51,405 nucleotides of DNA from IMG/VR virus record IMGVR_UViG_3300044836_000039, positions 1 through 51,405 of that record; one strand, given 5' to 3'. Shown here in pieces: positions 18,054 through 27,191 of this stretch. Under the pieces are notes generated by a model. That model did not search any database. It saw only the letters and a program-made list of their open reading frames with translations, and had not been told where the DNA came from. Source of the DNA: a virus. Taxonomy: Duplodnaviria; Caudoviricetes. The stretch's first letter is position 1; each line of letters opens with the position of its first letter. Both the position numbers and the translations under genes were made by a program.

Positions 18054-18526
18054 GACCGGGCCAGCGGGATGACGAGGAGCGCCCGGACGCCGGCCATCGC
18101 ACCGCGCGGCCCGAGGATCGTCGCGGCGCCCGTCAATGCCTCACCGTTGAGGTCGAGGGTCTCCGCGGCGAGGTCCGCGCTGTTGATCAGCAGCAGCATG
18201 TCCTCGTGCAGCATCGCAGCCGCGGCCGTCAACGCATCCGCCGACGGGATGGCCGTCCCGTTGTTCGCCGGGTGGCAGCGCCACAGCTCGACGGCGATCT
18301 CCGCACTCACCGGCCCGCCGCACGGCTGCGGCTGCGTCGCCTCCCGACCCGGCAGCCCCGGATAGCAGCGGGCGACGTACACGGCGAGCTCCTCACCGTC
18401 CCCCGCGGGCTGCGCGACCGAGATCAGCTGCCGGGCGGGCAGGCTCATCTCGTAGGCCGCGTAGATCGCACCCGTCGAGTTGAGCAGCGCCGTGCAGGCG
18501 GCTTGCAGACCGTCGAATGTGGTCAC
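18050..18526 (-). CDS. Tail terminator-like structural protein
   Basis: Synteny; L.V...RC, RC.P and GP.G motifs as in cluster-B-like phages. Confidence 0.65.
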   Translation of the reverse strand: MTTFDGLQAACTALLNSTGAIYAAYEMSLPARQLISVAQPAGDGEELAVYVARCYPGLPGREATQPQPCGGPVSAEIAVELWRCHPANNGTAIPSADALTAAAAMLHEDMLLLINSADLAAETLDLNGEALTGAATILGPRGAMAGVRALLVIPLARS

Positions 18527-18714
18527 GTCGCCTTGGCGGGCTTCGTCGTCTTCGGCTCCTCGGCCGTCGGCTTCGCGGTCGCGGGCTGCTTCGCCGGCGC
18601 GGTGCCGACGGTCGCGTCCTGGTCGTCGTTGACCGGCGTGTGCTTCGCGGTCTTCGCGGGCTCGTCCTTCTCAGCCTTCTTCGCGGTCGTCTTCGTCGGG
18701 TCGGTGTCGGTCAT
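18523..18714 (-). CDS. Small Lys/Thr/Ala-rich low-complexity protein
   Basis: 4-bp overlaps on both sides; MTDTDPTKTTAKK... Confidence 0.55.
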   Translation of the reverse strand: MTDTDPTKTTAKKAEKDEPAKTAKHTPVNDDQDATVGTAPAKQPATAKPTAEEPKTTKPAKAT

Positions 18715-19499
18715 GACGTTCTCCTGATCCGGGGGAGGTCGGGGGACAGCACCCGCGGGCGGGCACCGGAGTGCGCACGGGGGTTCACCGAGTGCACCCA
18801 CGCGTCGACGGTGTTGAGCCCGGTCATGCCGTGCTCGAGGAGCACCGTCGGGTCGGCGAACGTCGTGAGCACGTCCTGCCGGGTGATGGACGTGACCCGG
18901 TCCGGGAGCCGGCACTCGGTGCTCCCCACCCCAGCAAGAACGAGCTCGGTGGCGTAGGCCTGCGCGGCCAGGACCCCCGCCGCCGGCGGCGCAAGCCCCC
19001 ACTCGTAGGTGACGTGCATCCGCGGTGTCGTCGTGTCGGCGATGCCCGTCCCGACCAGTGGCCAGTAGCTCCCGTCGGTTCGGACGAGGACGGCGTTGTC
19101 GTCGAGGCGGTAGCCGGCCGGGTCGAGGACTGCTCCGTCGATCGTGACTTCGGTGATGCTCAGCACGGGCCGGTCGGGCAGGGTGACCTCAGCGCGGCAG
19201 GAGCAGCCGAAGATCCACCCGATCGGCCAGTAGCCGACGAGGCCACCCTGCGCGCCCCACATGTCGGAGCGGCCGACTGCCGCACCGATGTCGCAGCCGC
19301 ACGCCGGGGGCAGGACCAGGACGTCACCGGTCCGCAGCCCGCTGAACTGCCGCCCCGACAGGCCCCACAGGATCTCCGTCGCGGCCTGCGCCCAGGTGTC
19401 GAGCTTCGCGATGTCGATGCTGACCAGCCGCGGGTCGGCCTGCAGCGTCGCGCCGGTGACCCACGGTGCGATCGGGTCACCCACAGCCGCGGCAGTCAT
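18711..19499 (-). CDS. Head-to-tail adaptor
   Basis: ATEILWGLSGRQF, EVTIDG, CRLP.RVTSITRQ.V, TGL..VD.W...VNP motifs. Confidence 0.85.
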   Translation of the reverse strand: MTAAAVGDPIAPWVTGATLQADPRLVSIDIAKLDTWAQAATEILWGLSGRQFSGLRTGDVLVLPPACGCDIGAAVGRSDMWGAQGGLVGYWPIGWIFGCSCRAEVTLPDRPVLSITEVTIDGAVLDPAGYRLDDNAVLVRTDGSYWPLVGTGIADTTTPRMHVTYEWGLAPPAAGVLAAQAYATELVLAGVGSTECRLPDRVTSITRQDVLTTFADPTVLLEHGMTGLNTVDAWVHSVNPRAHSGARPRVLSPDLPRIRRTS

Positions 19500-19505
19500 A
19501 CCGGG

Positions 19506-19539
19506 CAGGGTACGCGGACGCGACGCATTGACGCGTCAA
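19506..19539 (-). promoter_or_regulatory. Leaderless late promoter with palindrome TTGACGCGTCAA
   Basis: Palindrome at 19528-19539; TACCCT -10 then 7 nt to ATG 19499. Confidence 0.6.
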
Positions 19540-19554
19540 GCGGGGCAGCGGGTG

Positions 19555-20436
19555 TCAGCCCCGCATGCCAGCGAGGATCGCGTTGAGCTGGTGCGAGGCG
19601 TCGCGATCCGGGGTGCGGGCCCGGACGTCGTACTCGACCGTGGTCTCGGGCTTGTCGTGCCTCATCGCGATCATGACGTCTCGCAGGTCGGCGCCGGAGG
19701 CCAGCAGTGTCATCGCGAAGGCCCGACGGAAGCTGTGCGGCGTGACGTCTGCGGGCAGGACGGCCTCGGCTGCGAGCTTCTGGATGAGCAGATGAGCGTT
19801 CGGTCGCCTCATTCGCAGGCCCCGCTCGTTGAGCAGGATCGGCCCGACCTCGCGATCACCGATGGCCGTCTTCACAGCCCGGGCGACGGGCACGGCCAGG
19901 GGGAGCTCGGCGTACTTGTCGCCCTTCCCTCGGAACCGGATCATCAGGGCGATGAGGGCATGCGCCATCGGGCTGTGCTTCTCGGCCGCATCCATGAAGA
20001 TTCCGTGCACGAGGGGGCTCATGCCGACGCGCTTCTGCTCCTCCTTGCGGATCTTCGGCCGGTCGACGGCGAGGGCCGGGTTCTTCGGGATGATGTCGTC
20101 GATGGCGGCGTACTTGTAGAAGACGGCGACGGTGCCGAACCGGTTGTTGATCGTCGAGGTCGCGAGCGGCTTGCCGGTGAAGTGGTTGGTCTGGTTCTCC
20201 ATGTGGCGGATGTAGAGCTCGAGGTGCCCGCGGCCGACCTGCAGCGGGTGGACGCGAGTGGCGGCGCACCAGTCGAGGAAGAGCTCGAAGTCGCGGGTGT
20301 AGTCCAGGAGAGTCTGGCCCTTGTAGCGGGCGAGCCAGCCGGCGATCGCCCGCTTGAGCGGGTCGGTCGATTCGAGACCGTGGCCGACGTCGCTCTGGAT
20401 GTCGTAGACGGCGAGTTGGGCGTGAGAGGGTGCCAT
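19555..20436 (-). CDS. Second tyrosine recombinase with an in-frame deletion of box I (first catalytic Arg absent); probably inactive
   Basis: SAM-like core-binding domain, GKG, HSFRR, MRH and TTVEY present, but HALIALM runs straight into IRFRGKG with no GxRxxE. Confidence 0.8.
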   Translation of the reverse strand: MAPSHAQLAVYDIQSDVGHGLESTDPLKRAIAGWLARYKGQTLLDYTRDFELFLDWCAATRVHPLQVGRGHLELYIRHMENQTNHFTGKPLATSTINNRFGTVAVFYKYAAIDDIIPKNPALAVDRPKIRKEEQKRVGMSPLVHGIFMDAAEKHSPMAHALIALMIRFRGKGDKYAELPLAVPVARAVKTAIGDREVGPILLNERGLRMRRPNAHLLIQKLAAEAVLPADVTPHSFRRAFAMTLLASGADLRDVMIAMRHDKPETTVEYDVRARTPDRDASHQLNAILAGMRG

Positions 20437-20470
20437 GGGTCGATCCACTCCAAGGTGTGTGGTCGATCAA

Positions 20471-20558
20471 GGCCCCGCCGGAGGGTGCAACCTCCGGTTG
20501 GGGCCGCCCGCTTTCTGCGGACTGCTCCTGACGCTACGTGGCGAATCCGCTACGTAAA
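20471..20558 (-). promoter_or_regulatory. Promoter and long leader hairpin of the second recombinase
   Basis: TTTACG-N16-TAGCGT (20558-20531); hairpin GGCCCC.CCGGAGG/CCTCCGG..GGGGCC at 20471-20505. Confidence 0.5.
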
Positions 20559-20661
20559 GGAGCCGATCGGGTGACGTACGGCGCTGACTAGAGCCCCTCT
20601 TTTGAGCGTGGCAGCGCCTCGTTACCGGTTGTTTTACTGGTACGGGGCGGCGGTGTGGCAG

Positions 20662-20958
20662 TTATTCCTGCGGGTGGTCCCGCTGGAACTGCTCCACCAA
20701 CCGCATCCACTCGCCGCGGCGGGCCTTCTCCTCGGCCCACTTGCGCTTCATCGCCGGGGTCGGCCAGCCGTTGTCGTGGCCGATCTTCTGGATCGTCGTC
20801 GTGCTCCTCCCGGTGATGGCCGCGACCTCACGGACCGAGCCGCCGGCCTTGAGCGCATCGGCGACGGCCTGGTCCCGTTCGACGAGCGCCGACTTCATGC
20901 CGTCCATCGCCGCGACGAGCCGAGCTGCGGCGTCGTCCGGGGTGGGCATACCGGACAC
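20662..20958 (-). CDS. Small HTH DNA-binding protein
   Basis: RDQAVADALKAGGSVREVAAITGRSTTTIQKI. Confidence 0.8.
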   Translation of the reverse strand: MSGMPTPDDAAARLVAAMDGMKSALVERDQAVADALKAGGSVREVAAITGRSTTTIQKIGHDNGWPTPAMKRKWAEEKARRGEWMRLVEQFQRDHPQE

Positions 20959-20986
20959 GATCTCAGGTCGCTATAGGTGTGACAGC

Positions 20987-21016
20987 AACTGACACTGCCC
21001 CCCCCTAGCGTCAGTT
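20987..21016 (-). terminator. Stem-loop after the SGNH gene with G8 in the loop
   Basis: AACTGAC / GTCAGTT inverted repeat. Confidence 0.45.
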
Positions 21017-23126
21017 ACAACGTGAAGCCGTAGCCGCTGATGAGGCTCTGGCGCAGGAACAGCCAGACGATCTCCTCGATGACGCGGCGGGCGTAGTACG
21101 CCGCCCCGAAGATCGTCGGGTGGTTCCCGTCGGTGTGCATCGCGTAGTCCGCCATGCCGAGCCCGTCGGGGCTGTCGAGGTCGCCGTCGCCGCTGATCCA
21201 GTTGTTGTTGTGCGGGTCGATGACGTAGCCGCCGATGACGTTCGTGGAGCCGGTCGCGGCGGCCTTCAGGCCGGTGGTGCTGGTCTGCCGGGTGCCGCTG
21301 AGGCTGTACTTCGTGGATACCGGGCCAACGACGATCACCTTCGCCGCTGCCAGGTTCGTCGCGATGGCCGAGAACAGGGCCGTCGCTGCTGCCTGGACGC
21401 TGCTGGCGGTCGCGTCGTCGTTCTGGGTGCCCCAGACGATCACGTAGTCCGGGGCGCAGGCGTACAGGGCCGTCAGGCGGTCTGACGAGCCGTAGACCGT
21501 CTTGGGTGCGCCGGGGGTGACGGTGTAGCCGGTGGACCCCTGCCCGCCGTAGAAGACCTCCACGTCACCCAGGAGCCGGGCAAGGGTCGGGCCGATCGCG
21601 TGCGGCCAGGTCGCGTGCGGCGAGGCGGTGCTGCCGCCCTCCACCCACGAGTCACCGAGGACGAAGACCTTCTTGCGGGTGACGGCTGTCGCGGTGATCG
21701 TCACCCCCGACGGGACCGCGATGCTGCGGAAGTCCATGCTCTGCAACGTCAGGCGCACGACCCGGCGACCGGGCACGAGCCCGGACACGAGCAGCCCGCG
21801 CATGGTCGTGGTGTCCGCGCCCGCGTCGCGGACGAAGTTCGCCGTCGAGGGGCGTCCGTCGACCAGGATGCCGACGCCGGGAACCGGGTCGGTGACGTGG
21901 GCGTGGAAGGACAGCAGGAACTTGCCGGACGCCACGTCGGGCACGTCGAGGATGAACTCCACGTCGAACGGCTGGCGGGCGGCTGAGCCGTTGGAGATGT
22001 TGCCCTGGAAGGTCGTGCTCGCCGCCGTGACCGACGATGACCGGCACCCGAGGCGGGTGACCTTCGTGGTCACGTCCCAGACTTCCTCGATCGGGCTCGC
22101 GCCCAACTGCGTTGCGAGAGAGAACCCGGACGCCAGGTAGGTCGTGGTGAGCGGCAACGGCAGGAGCGGGGGGTGCGCCCGTGACCACAGCGTCGCGGCG
22201 AAGTCATCGATCGACTTCGGGGGCGTCTTGATGTCGAGTTGGCCCGGGGACCAGCGCCGCCACTTCCCAGCGGCCAGGTCGGTCGTGAACGTCCCAGCGA
22301 TGTGCTGCGTGAGGCAGACGAAGTAGACGCCGACCTTGTAGACCACGTCCGACACGGCGTAGGACAGGCCCGTCGTGTGCCCGCCCTGGTAGTGCAGGCC
22401 GCTCGCTTCGAGCGCCGCGAGGTCAGCGGCGGTCGGGATCGGGCTGCCGTTGACGGTCGGGGTGCCGACCATCGCCGGGGAGTTCAGACCCGGGGTGTGG
22501 GTGGTGCTCGGGGAAGCGTTCGCGGTGCCGCTCCACAGGCAACCGGGGTCCGAGCCGTTGAAGAACGGCCCGACCGTCGCGCCCGCTTCGGCGACGACCT
22601 GCGACACGAGCAGCGTGTCACCGACCTGCCAGACCACGCCATCAGAGCCGGACGTGATCGCAACGGCCTGCATGGTCGCCCGGTCCGCCAAGGCAGGAAC
22701 CGTCGCCGTGACCGTGAGCCACCCGCGAGCCCCCGCCGCTACGACCTGCGAGCCGCCGAAGTTGGTCGAGCCGATGATGACCCCGGCCGCGTCGTAGAAC
22801 TTCAACTCGATGCGGAGCCGCTGGCGGCGCGACGGGATGACGCTGCACCCGACCGACAGGGACAGCCCTGCGGCGGGCACGGAGATGTCCTGGTTGGTCG
22901 TCCGGCCGTAGCCGCCACCGCCACCCACGGCGGATGTCGCCGTCGTCCAGGTGATCTTGTAGCCCCAGCGGGAGCCATCCGCTGCGCGGGCGACCGTGAC
23001 AGCGCCGCCCGTGCCCGCGAAGTTCGTCCAGCCGGTGATGTCGACGGAGGCGCCGCCGTTGCCTGCGAGGTTCGTGCGCGCCGTGGTCCCGCTGAGTTTG
23101 GCGGCGGCCAGGGTCACGACATCCAT
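21015..23126 (-). CDS. Virion-associated fibre protein: carbohydrate-binding domains plus C-terminal SGNH/GDSL esterase
   Basis: Blocks GDSW, GQGSTGY, GTQND, DGNHP; N-terminal CBM-like beta domain and CBM5/12-like motif. Confidence 0.85.
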   Translation of the reverse strand: MDVVTLAAAKLSGTTARTNLAGNGGASVDITGWTNFAGTGGAVTVARAADGSRWGYKITWTTATSAVGGGGGYGRTTNQDISVPAAGLSLSVGCSVIPSRRQRLRIELKFYDAAGVIIGSTNFGGSQVVAAGARGWLTVTATVPALADRATMQAVAITSGSDGVVWQVGDTLLVSQVVAEAGATVGPFFNGSDPGCLWSGTANASPSTTHTPGLNSPAMVGTPTVNGSPIPTAADLAALEASGLHYQGGHTTGLSYAVSDVVYKVGVYFVCLTQHIAGTFTTDLAAGKWRRWSPGQLDIKTPPKSIDDFAATLWSRAHPPLLPLPLTTTYLASGFSLATQLGASPIEEVWDVTTKVTRLGCRSSSVTAASTTFQGNISNGSAARQPFDVEFILDVPDVASGKFLLSFHAHVTDPVPGVGILVDGRPSTANFVRDAGADTTTMRGLLVSGLVPGRRVVRLTLQSMDFRSIAVPSGVTITATAVTRKKVFVLGDSWVEGGSTASPHATWPHAIGPTLARLLGDVEVFYGGQGSTGYTVTPGAPKTVYGSSDRLTALYACAPDYVIVWGTQNDDATASSVQAAATALFSAIATNLAAAKVIVVGPVSTKYSLSGTRQTSTTGLKAAATGSTNVIGGYVIDPHNNNWISGDGDLDSPDGLGMADYAMHTDGNHPTIFGAAYYARRVIEEIVWLFLRQSLISGYGFTL

Positions 23127-23380
23127 CAGGCCACGCCCGCGAGGTTGCCACCGCTGTAGGAGAAGGTCCGGGTGGTGGTCACGCCGCCGAGGACGCGGCT
23201 CTCCGTGGCCGGGGTCCCGTCCGGGTTGTACGTGTAGGTGGTGACCGCCCCTGTCGCCGTCTCGGTGACGGTGTTGACCGTGCCGTCGGCGTTGTAGGTG
23301 ATCGTTTCTTGCAGCGAGGACAACGGGCTATAGGTGCCCGACAGGTCAGCCTTGCTCGGGCCTCCGGGGCGGATGCTCAT
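23126..23380 (-). CDS. Small YD-like repeat structural protein
   Basis: TYNADGT, TYNPDGT, FSYSGG repeats. Confidence 0.65.
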   Translation of the reverse strand: MSIRPGGPSKADLSGTYSPLSSLQETITYNADGTVNTVTETATGAVTTYTYNPDGTPATESRVLGGVTTTRTFSYSGGNLAGVA

Positions 23381-23655
23381 GCGCCGACGCGCAGGACCGC
23401 GACCGTCCCGGCGACGCCCGTCGCGCACCGCGCGTAGCCGAGCTCGCGGTTGTTCGCGACGTCGATCCCGAGGACCTCACCGGGGTCGAAGGGGTAGCCC
23501 GTCGCGGACGTCACCGTCGACCCGCCGAGGAACACCCGGGTCGTCCCCATGTTCTTCACACAGAGCGCCTGGCCGGCCTTGAGGTCGGTGTCGGCGTCGA
23601 GCAGCGCCGTCGCGGCGGTGTCGACGATCGCGATCTGGGCGCTCTTCCAGGCCAT
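23377..23655 (-). CDS. Small structural protein
   Basis: N.G...VFLGG..VT.ATGY pattern; structural operon. Confidence 0.65.
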   Translation of the reverse strand: MAWKSAQIAIVDTAATALLDADTDLKAGQALCVKNMGTTRVFLGGSTVTSATGYPFDPGEVLGIDVANNRELGYARCATGVAGTVAVLRVGA

Positions 23656-23658
23656 CGG

Positions 23659-23859
23659 CTAGTCCTCGTCGCTGGGCTGGGGCGCGTCGGCCTGGTCAGC
23701 CTCGAGGGCCGGCACCTGGACGACGGGGACCTCGGCGGGGGTCACCGCACCCGTCATCGCCTGCGGCTCCTCGTCGAGCTCCACGTTGACGGTCGGGACC
23801 CCGTCGTAGGCCGGGTCACCCGGGCCCGGGTCGGAGTCCTTGCGCCGGCGGGGCGGCAT
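23659..23859 (-). CDS. Small acidic hypothetical protein
   Basis: ATG overlaps the major tail stop. Confidence 0.5.
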   Translation of the reverse strand: MPPRRRKDSDPGPGDPAYDGVPTVNVELDEEPQAMTGAVTPAEVPVVQVPALEADQADAPQPSDED

Positions 23860-24500
23860 CAGGTGTCCGCCGGAACGGTCGCGACCCGGCGCCAGCCCGA
23901 CGCGTTCGTGGTCGGGCCGGTCCAGTCCGCACCAGGGCCGGTCCCGAACGATGGGTTCTCGGTGCCGTAGCCCGAGTAGGACGGCTGGTCGGGGTCGTTG
24001 TTGAACGTCTTCGCGCCGAGCTGGAAGAACGCCCGGCCGAGGCGGTGGACGAAGAACGGCCGCCACGGGGCGGGGGCGCCGGCGGCGGTCTTCGCGCGGG
24101 CGAAAACTTCGACGCTGACCCCGTTCGGGTTGGGGTCGACACCGACGGCCGGGGCCTCGTAGCCGGTCGTGTACGTGTCGGTCGTGACGGTCTCGGTGAT
24201 GACGGTCCCGCCGGCGAGGAAGGCGTCCCGGACCGGGTCGGGGTAGCAGAACCGCAGGACGGCGTCCATCCGCTTGAGCAGGTCGGGCTCCTTGTCGGCG
24301 AAGCAGATCTGCCCGTCGGCGCCCTTCAGGACCGTGTCGGGGCCGGCGTCGTACACCGGGGTCAGGGTGACCTCGACGAGACCCGAGGTGACGATGAGGT
24401 TCCCGGCCGTGACGAGGGGCACCCCGGCGGCGTCGAGGCGGGACAGGCGGGTCTTGACCCCCCGGATCTTGCGGGCCTGGTCGTAGGCGATCGATACCAT
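23859..24500 (-). CDS. Major tail protein
   Basis: GGAGG RBS; IRG...RLSRLD..G, K.A.G..C, FC..DP motifs as in cluster-B-like tail tubes. Confidence 0.8.
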   Translation of the reverse strand: MVSIAYDQARKIRGVKTRLSRLDAAGVPLVTAGNLIVTSGLVEVTLTPVYDAGPDTVLKGADGQICFADKEPDLLKRMDAVLRFCYPDPVRDAFLAGGTVITETVTTDTYTTGYEAPAVGVDPNPNGVSVEVFARAKTAAGAPAPWRPFFVHRLGRAFFQLGAKTFNNDPDQPSYSGYGTENPSFGTGPGADWTGPTTNASGWRRVATVPADT

Positions 24501-24513
24501 CTGGTTCCTCCGG

Positions 24514-25359
24514 TCAGGCTGCGGTGAGGTCGACGAGGACGGCACCGAGGCGGCACCAGGACGAGCTGATCGACGCGGTGCGTCGGGCGTGCGTGCGGAC
24601 GTTGTTCACGCTGCGGTCCAGCGACGAGGCGCGGTCGGTGATGACCGGTGCGTGGAGACGGACCTCGACCGGGTCGGAGGCGAACATCCACCGTTCGGTC
24701 GCGCCGGGGGCGACGCCGTTGGGGCCCTTCCCGGAGTAGCCCGACCCGGCCGCGAACAGCGTCCCGAGTGGGGTCCGGAGCACCGGGTTCGTCTGGCCCG
24801 GCAGCGGCGGGACGAGCAGGGAAGCGGTTGCGCGGGTCGCGTGGATGACGCCGAGACCGGTCGAGCCGGTGCCGCCGAGGAACTCCTCGAGCAACGCCAG
24901 ACCGAGGCGGGGGCTCACGACGCTGGGAGCGGCGAGAGTGCCGGCCAGGACGACCGCGGTGCTGTCGCCGAAGAACCGCGCGCCGTCGCCGGTGTGGGTC
25001 CCGGTGACCGGGCCGTCCCACAGCTCGCGTTCGACGACGGCGTGGGTGACGGTCTCCAGGAGCCGGCGGGCCCGGCCTTCGGTGATGTCGTTCGAGGAGC
25101 TGGTGCAGACGTCCTCGGCGTCGATGATGAACGGCGGGGCGTACACGATCGTCGGGGCGCTGCCCGCTGCGGCGGAGGTGAAGCCGCACGGGTCGTGGAC
25201 GGTCCACTGCCCGCAGCCCTCCGGGAGCAGCTTGGTGCCCATCTCCTCGTGCGGGCTGACGGCGTTGTCCCGCAGCACCCGGGACACGTAGAGCAGCCCC
25301 GAGGGCGGTGGTGCGAGCAGGGGAGCGTCAACGACGGCCGGAGGTCCGACGATCGTCAT
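24514..25359 (-). CDS. Second capsid protein (pentamer-type, cluster-B-like)
   Basis: Directly after the major capsid; P..GL, PF.I.....C, VERELW, RTPLGT...G.GY motifs. Confidence 0.7.
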   Translation of the reverse strand: MTIVGPPAVVDAPLLAPPPSGLLYVSRVLRDNAVSPHEEMGTKLLPEGCGQWTVHDPCGFTSAAAGSAPTIVYAPPFIIDAEDVCTSSSNDITEGRARRLLETVTHAVVERELWDGPVTGTHTGDGARFFGDSTAVVLAGTLAAPSVVSPRLGLALLEEFLGGTGSTGLGVIHATRATASLLVPPLPGQTNPVLRTPLGTLFAAGSGYSGKGPNGVAPGATERWMFASDPVEVRLHAPVITDRASSLDRSVNNVRTHARRTASISSSWCRLGAVLVDLTAA

Positions 25360-25406
25360 AGGTGTGGGCTCCCCTGCTCGCTACCGACTGGGCTGGGCAG
25401 GACCGG

Positions 25407-27191
25407 TCAGACGCCCGTGACCGAGGCGACGGCGGTCGCGCCAGCCGAGGTGCCGTTCGGGGCCAGCGTCGAGGTGACGCTCATCGACTCGACGCCGACC
25501 ATCGCGAGACCCTCGAAGGTCTCGACGAAGCTCTCGGCGTCGTTCGTCGCGTTCAGGACCGAGTCCCGCATCAGACCGAGGTCGAGGCGGCCACCGTCGA
25601 GGAACAGGTGCGTCCCCGGGGCGAACAGCCGCCACACGGCCGTCGTCGGGTAGTTCGGCAGCGCCGTCGCTGCGGCACCCGCGGCGGGGCCGGTCGGGAA
25701 GCCCGAGACGTTCTCGTCGAGGGTCCAGATCGGCCGGACGTTGCGCGAACGCAGGTAGCCGTTGACCTCGTCGTTGCCCTGCGCGAGGGTCCCGTCGCCG
25801 GGGAGCTGACGGGCGATGTCGCCGGCGAGCTCGTCCTGCAGGTGGCCGGGCAGGATGCAGTCGAGGACGGCGTCCTGGGCCATGCGGTGCCGCTTGCGGT
25901 AGCCGGCCGCGGCGAGCCCGACCTCGAACAGGATGTCGCGGGTCGCGGACAGGACCGGGCCGGCGGTCCGCTTGGACGACGCGGCGTCGATCGCGGTCAG
26001 CAGCGCGATCTCCGCGATGCGCGCGTGCGCCGCCAGCGCAAGCGCGATGTACGCGGCGACGCGCTCCGGGAACGCCCGGGCCATCAGGTTGCCGATGCCC
26101 AGACGCGCGACGATCGCCTCGAGCGTCACCGTGACCGGGGCGCCACAGACGACCTGGAACTTCGCCTTCGTCGCCGGGGCGTTGAGGGCCACGTCGTTCG
26201 CGGCGGTCCACTCGGTGATGGCCGCGGCGAGGTTCACCAGCGCCGGCGGCGGGACGAACGTGATGCCGCCCCGCTCGGCGCCGAACTGGACCAGGCCGTC
26301 GCGGACCGGGCGGCTCGCCGTGGAGATGTTGAGGACGTCGTAGCGGGGCGCGACCGGGGCGCAGAACCCACCCGAGGCGACGAGCGCGTCGAGGTTCTCC
26401 TCACCGGCCAGCACTGCCGCGACGACCGCATCGATCTGCGCCATCGTGTCGCCACCGGGACGGAGCCAGCGGCTCTCGGGGATCTCGGCGCGGATGCTCG
26501 CGACGACGGTCCGGATCCCGTCGCCGGCGGCGAGGTTCTCGGTCCGGCGGCCGAACTCGCGGGCCAGCTCGGCGATGCTGGGGATCGTCGCGCCGACCTC
26601 GTGCGCCTCGAGCCCGGCGCCGGCGACGATCGTCGACGTGGCCTGCGGACGGGCGGTGGCCTGCGCGGGTGCGGCCTGCCGCTGGACCCCGGCCATCCGA
26701 CCGAGGCGGGCGGGGCGCTGCACGGGCAGCGCGGCGGCGGCGGCGACCGGCTCAGCCACAGCCGCCGCCGTCGTGTCCGCGGCACCGTCAGCTGCTGCGC
26801 CGTCGGTGGTGTCGGTGGCCGCAGCATCCGTCGCGGCCGCGTCGGTCGTCGCGTCGGTGCCGTCAGCCGCGGCGGGCTCGCGGACCGCAGCGATCCGGTC
26901 CAGCGCGGCCTGGCGCTGCGTGTCGGCCTCGGCCTGCGCGTCCTCGCGGCGGGTGTTCTCGACCGTCACGGCCTCGTAGCCGGCGGCGAGGGTCTCGATC
27001 GTCGCGACGGCCTCGGGCGAGTCGCTGCCGGCCACCGCATCGGTCGCGGTGCCGAGCGCGGCGTAGACCTGCTCGAGCTCCTCACCGGTGAGGGCGGCGA
27101 GGGCCTCTGCGGCGAGCAGCGTCCCGAGCTCGGTGCGCTCGTCGGCGGTCAGGCTGTCGATCTTGGCGAGGAGCTTGAGCAGACGGTCCAT
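25407..27191 (-). CDS. Major capsid protein (hexamer-type) with N-terminal scaffold-like region
   Basis: 594 aa; LVASGGFCAP, RGGI.F, LDLG..RDS.LN.TND...F.E.FE motifs. Confidence 0.9.
   Translation of the reverse strand: MDRLLKLLAKIDSLTADERTELGTLLAAEALAALTGEELEQVYAALGTATDAVAGSDSPEAVATIETLAAGYEAVTVENTRREDAQAEADTQRQAALDRIAAVREPAAADGTDATTDAAATDAAATDTTDGAAADGAADTTAAAVAEPVAAAAALPVQRPARLGRMAGVQRQAAPAQATARPQATSTIVAGAGLEAHEVGATIPSIAELAREFGRRTENLAAGDGIRTVVASIRAEIPESRWLRPGGDTMAQIDAVVAAVLAGEENLDALVASGGFCAPVAPRYDVLNISTASRPVRDGLVQFGAERGGITFVPPPALVNLAAAITEWTAANDVALNAPATKAKFQVVCGAPVTVTLEAIVARLGIGNLMARAFPERVAAYIALALAAHARIAEIALLTAIDAASSKRTAGPVLSATRDILFEVGLAAAGYRKRHRMAQDAVLDCILPGHLQDELAGDIARQLPGDGTLAQGNDEVNGYLRSRNVRPIWTLDENVSGFPTGPAAGAAATALPNYPTTAVWRLFAPGTHLFLDGGRLDLGLMRDSVLNATNDAESFVETFEGLAMVGVESMSVTSTLAPNGTSAGATAVASVTGV

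Noticed and set aside
20998-21005. C8/G8 tract as a phase-variation switch
   Set aside because: Short, non-coding and in the loop of a hairpin; unremarkable at this GC content
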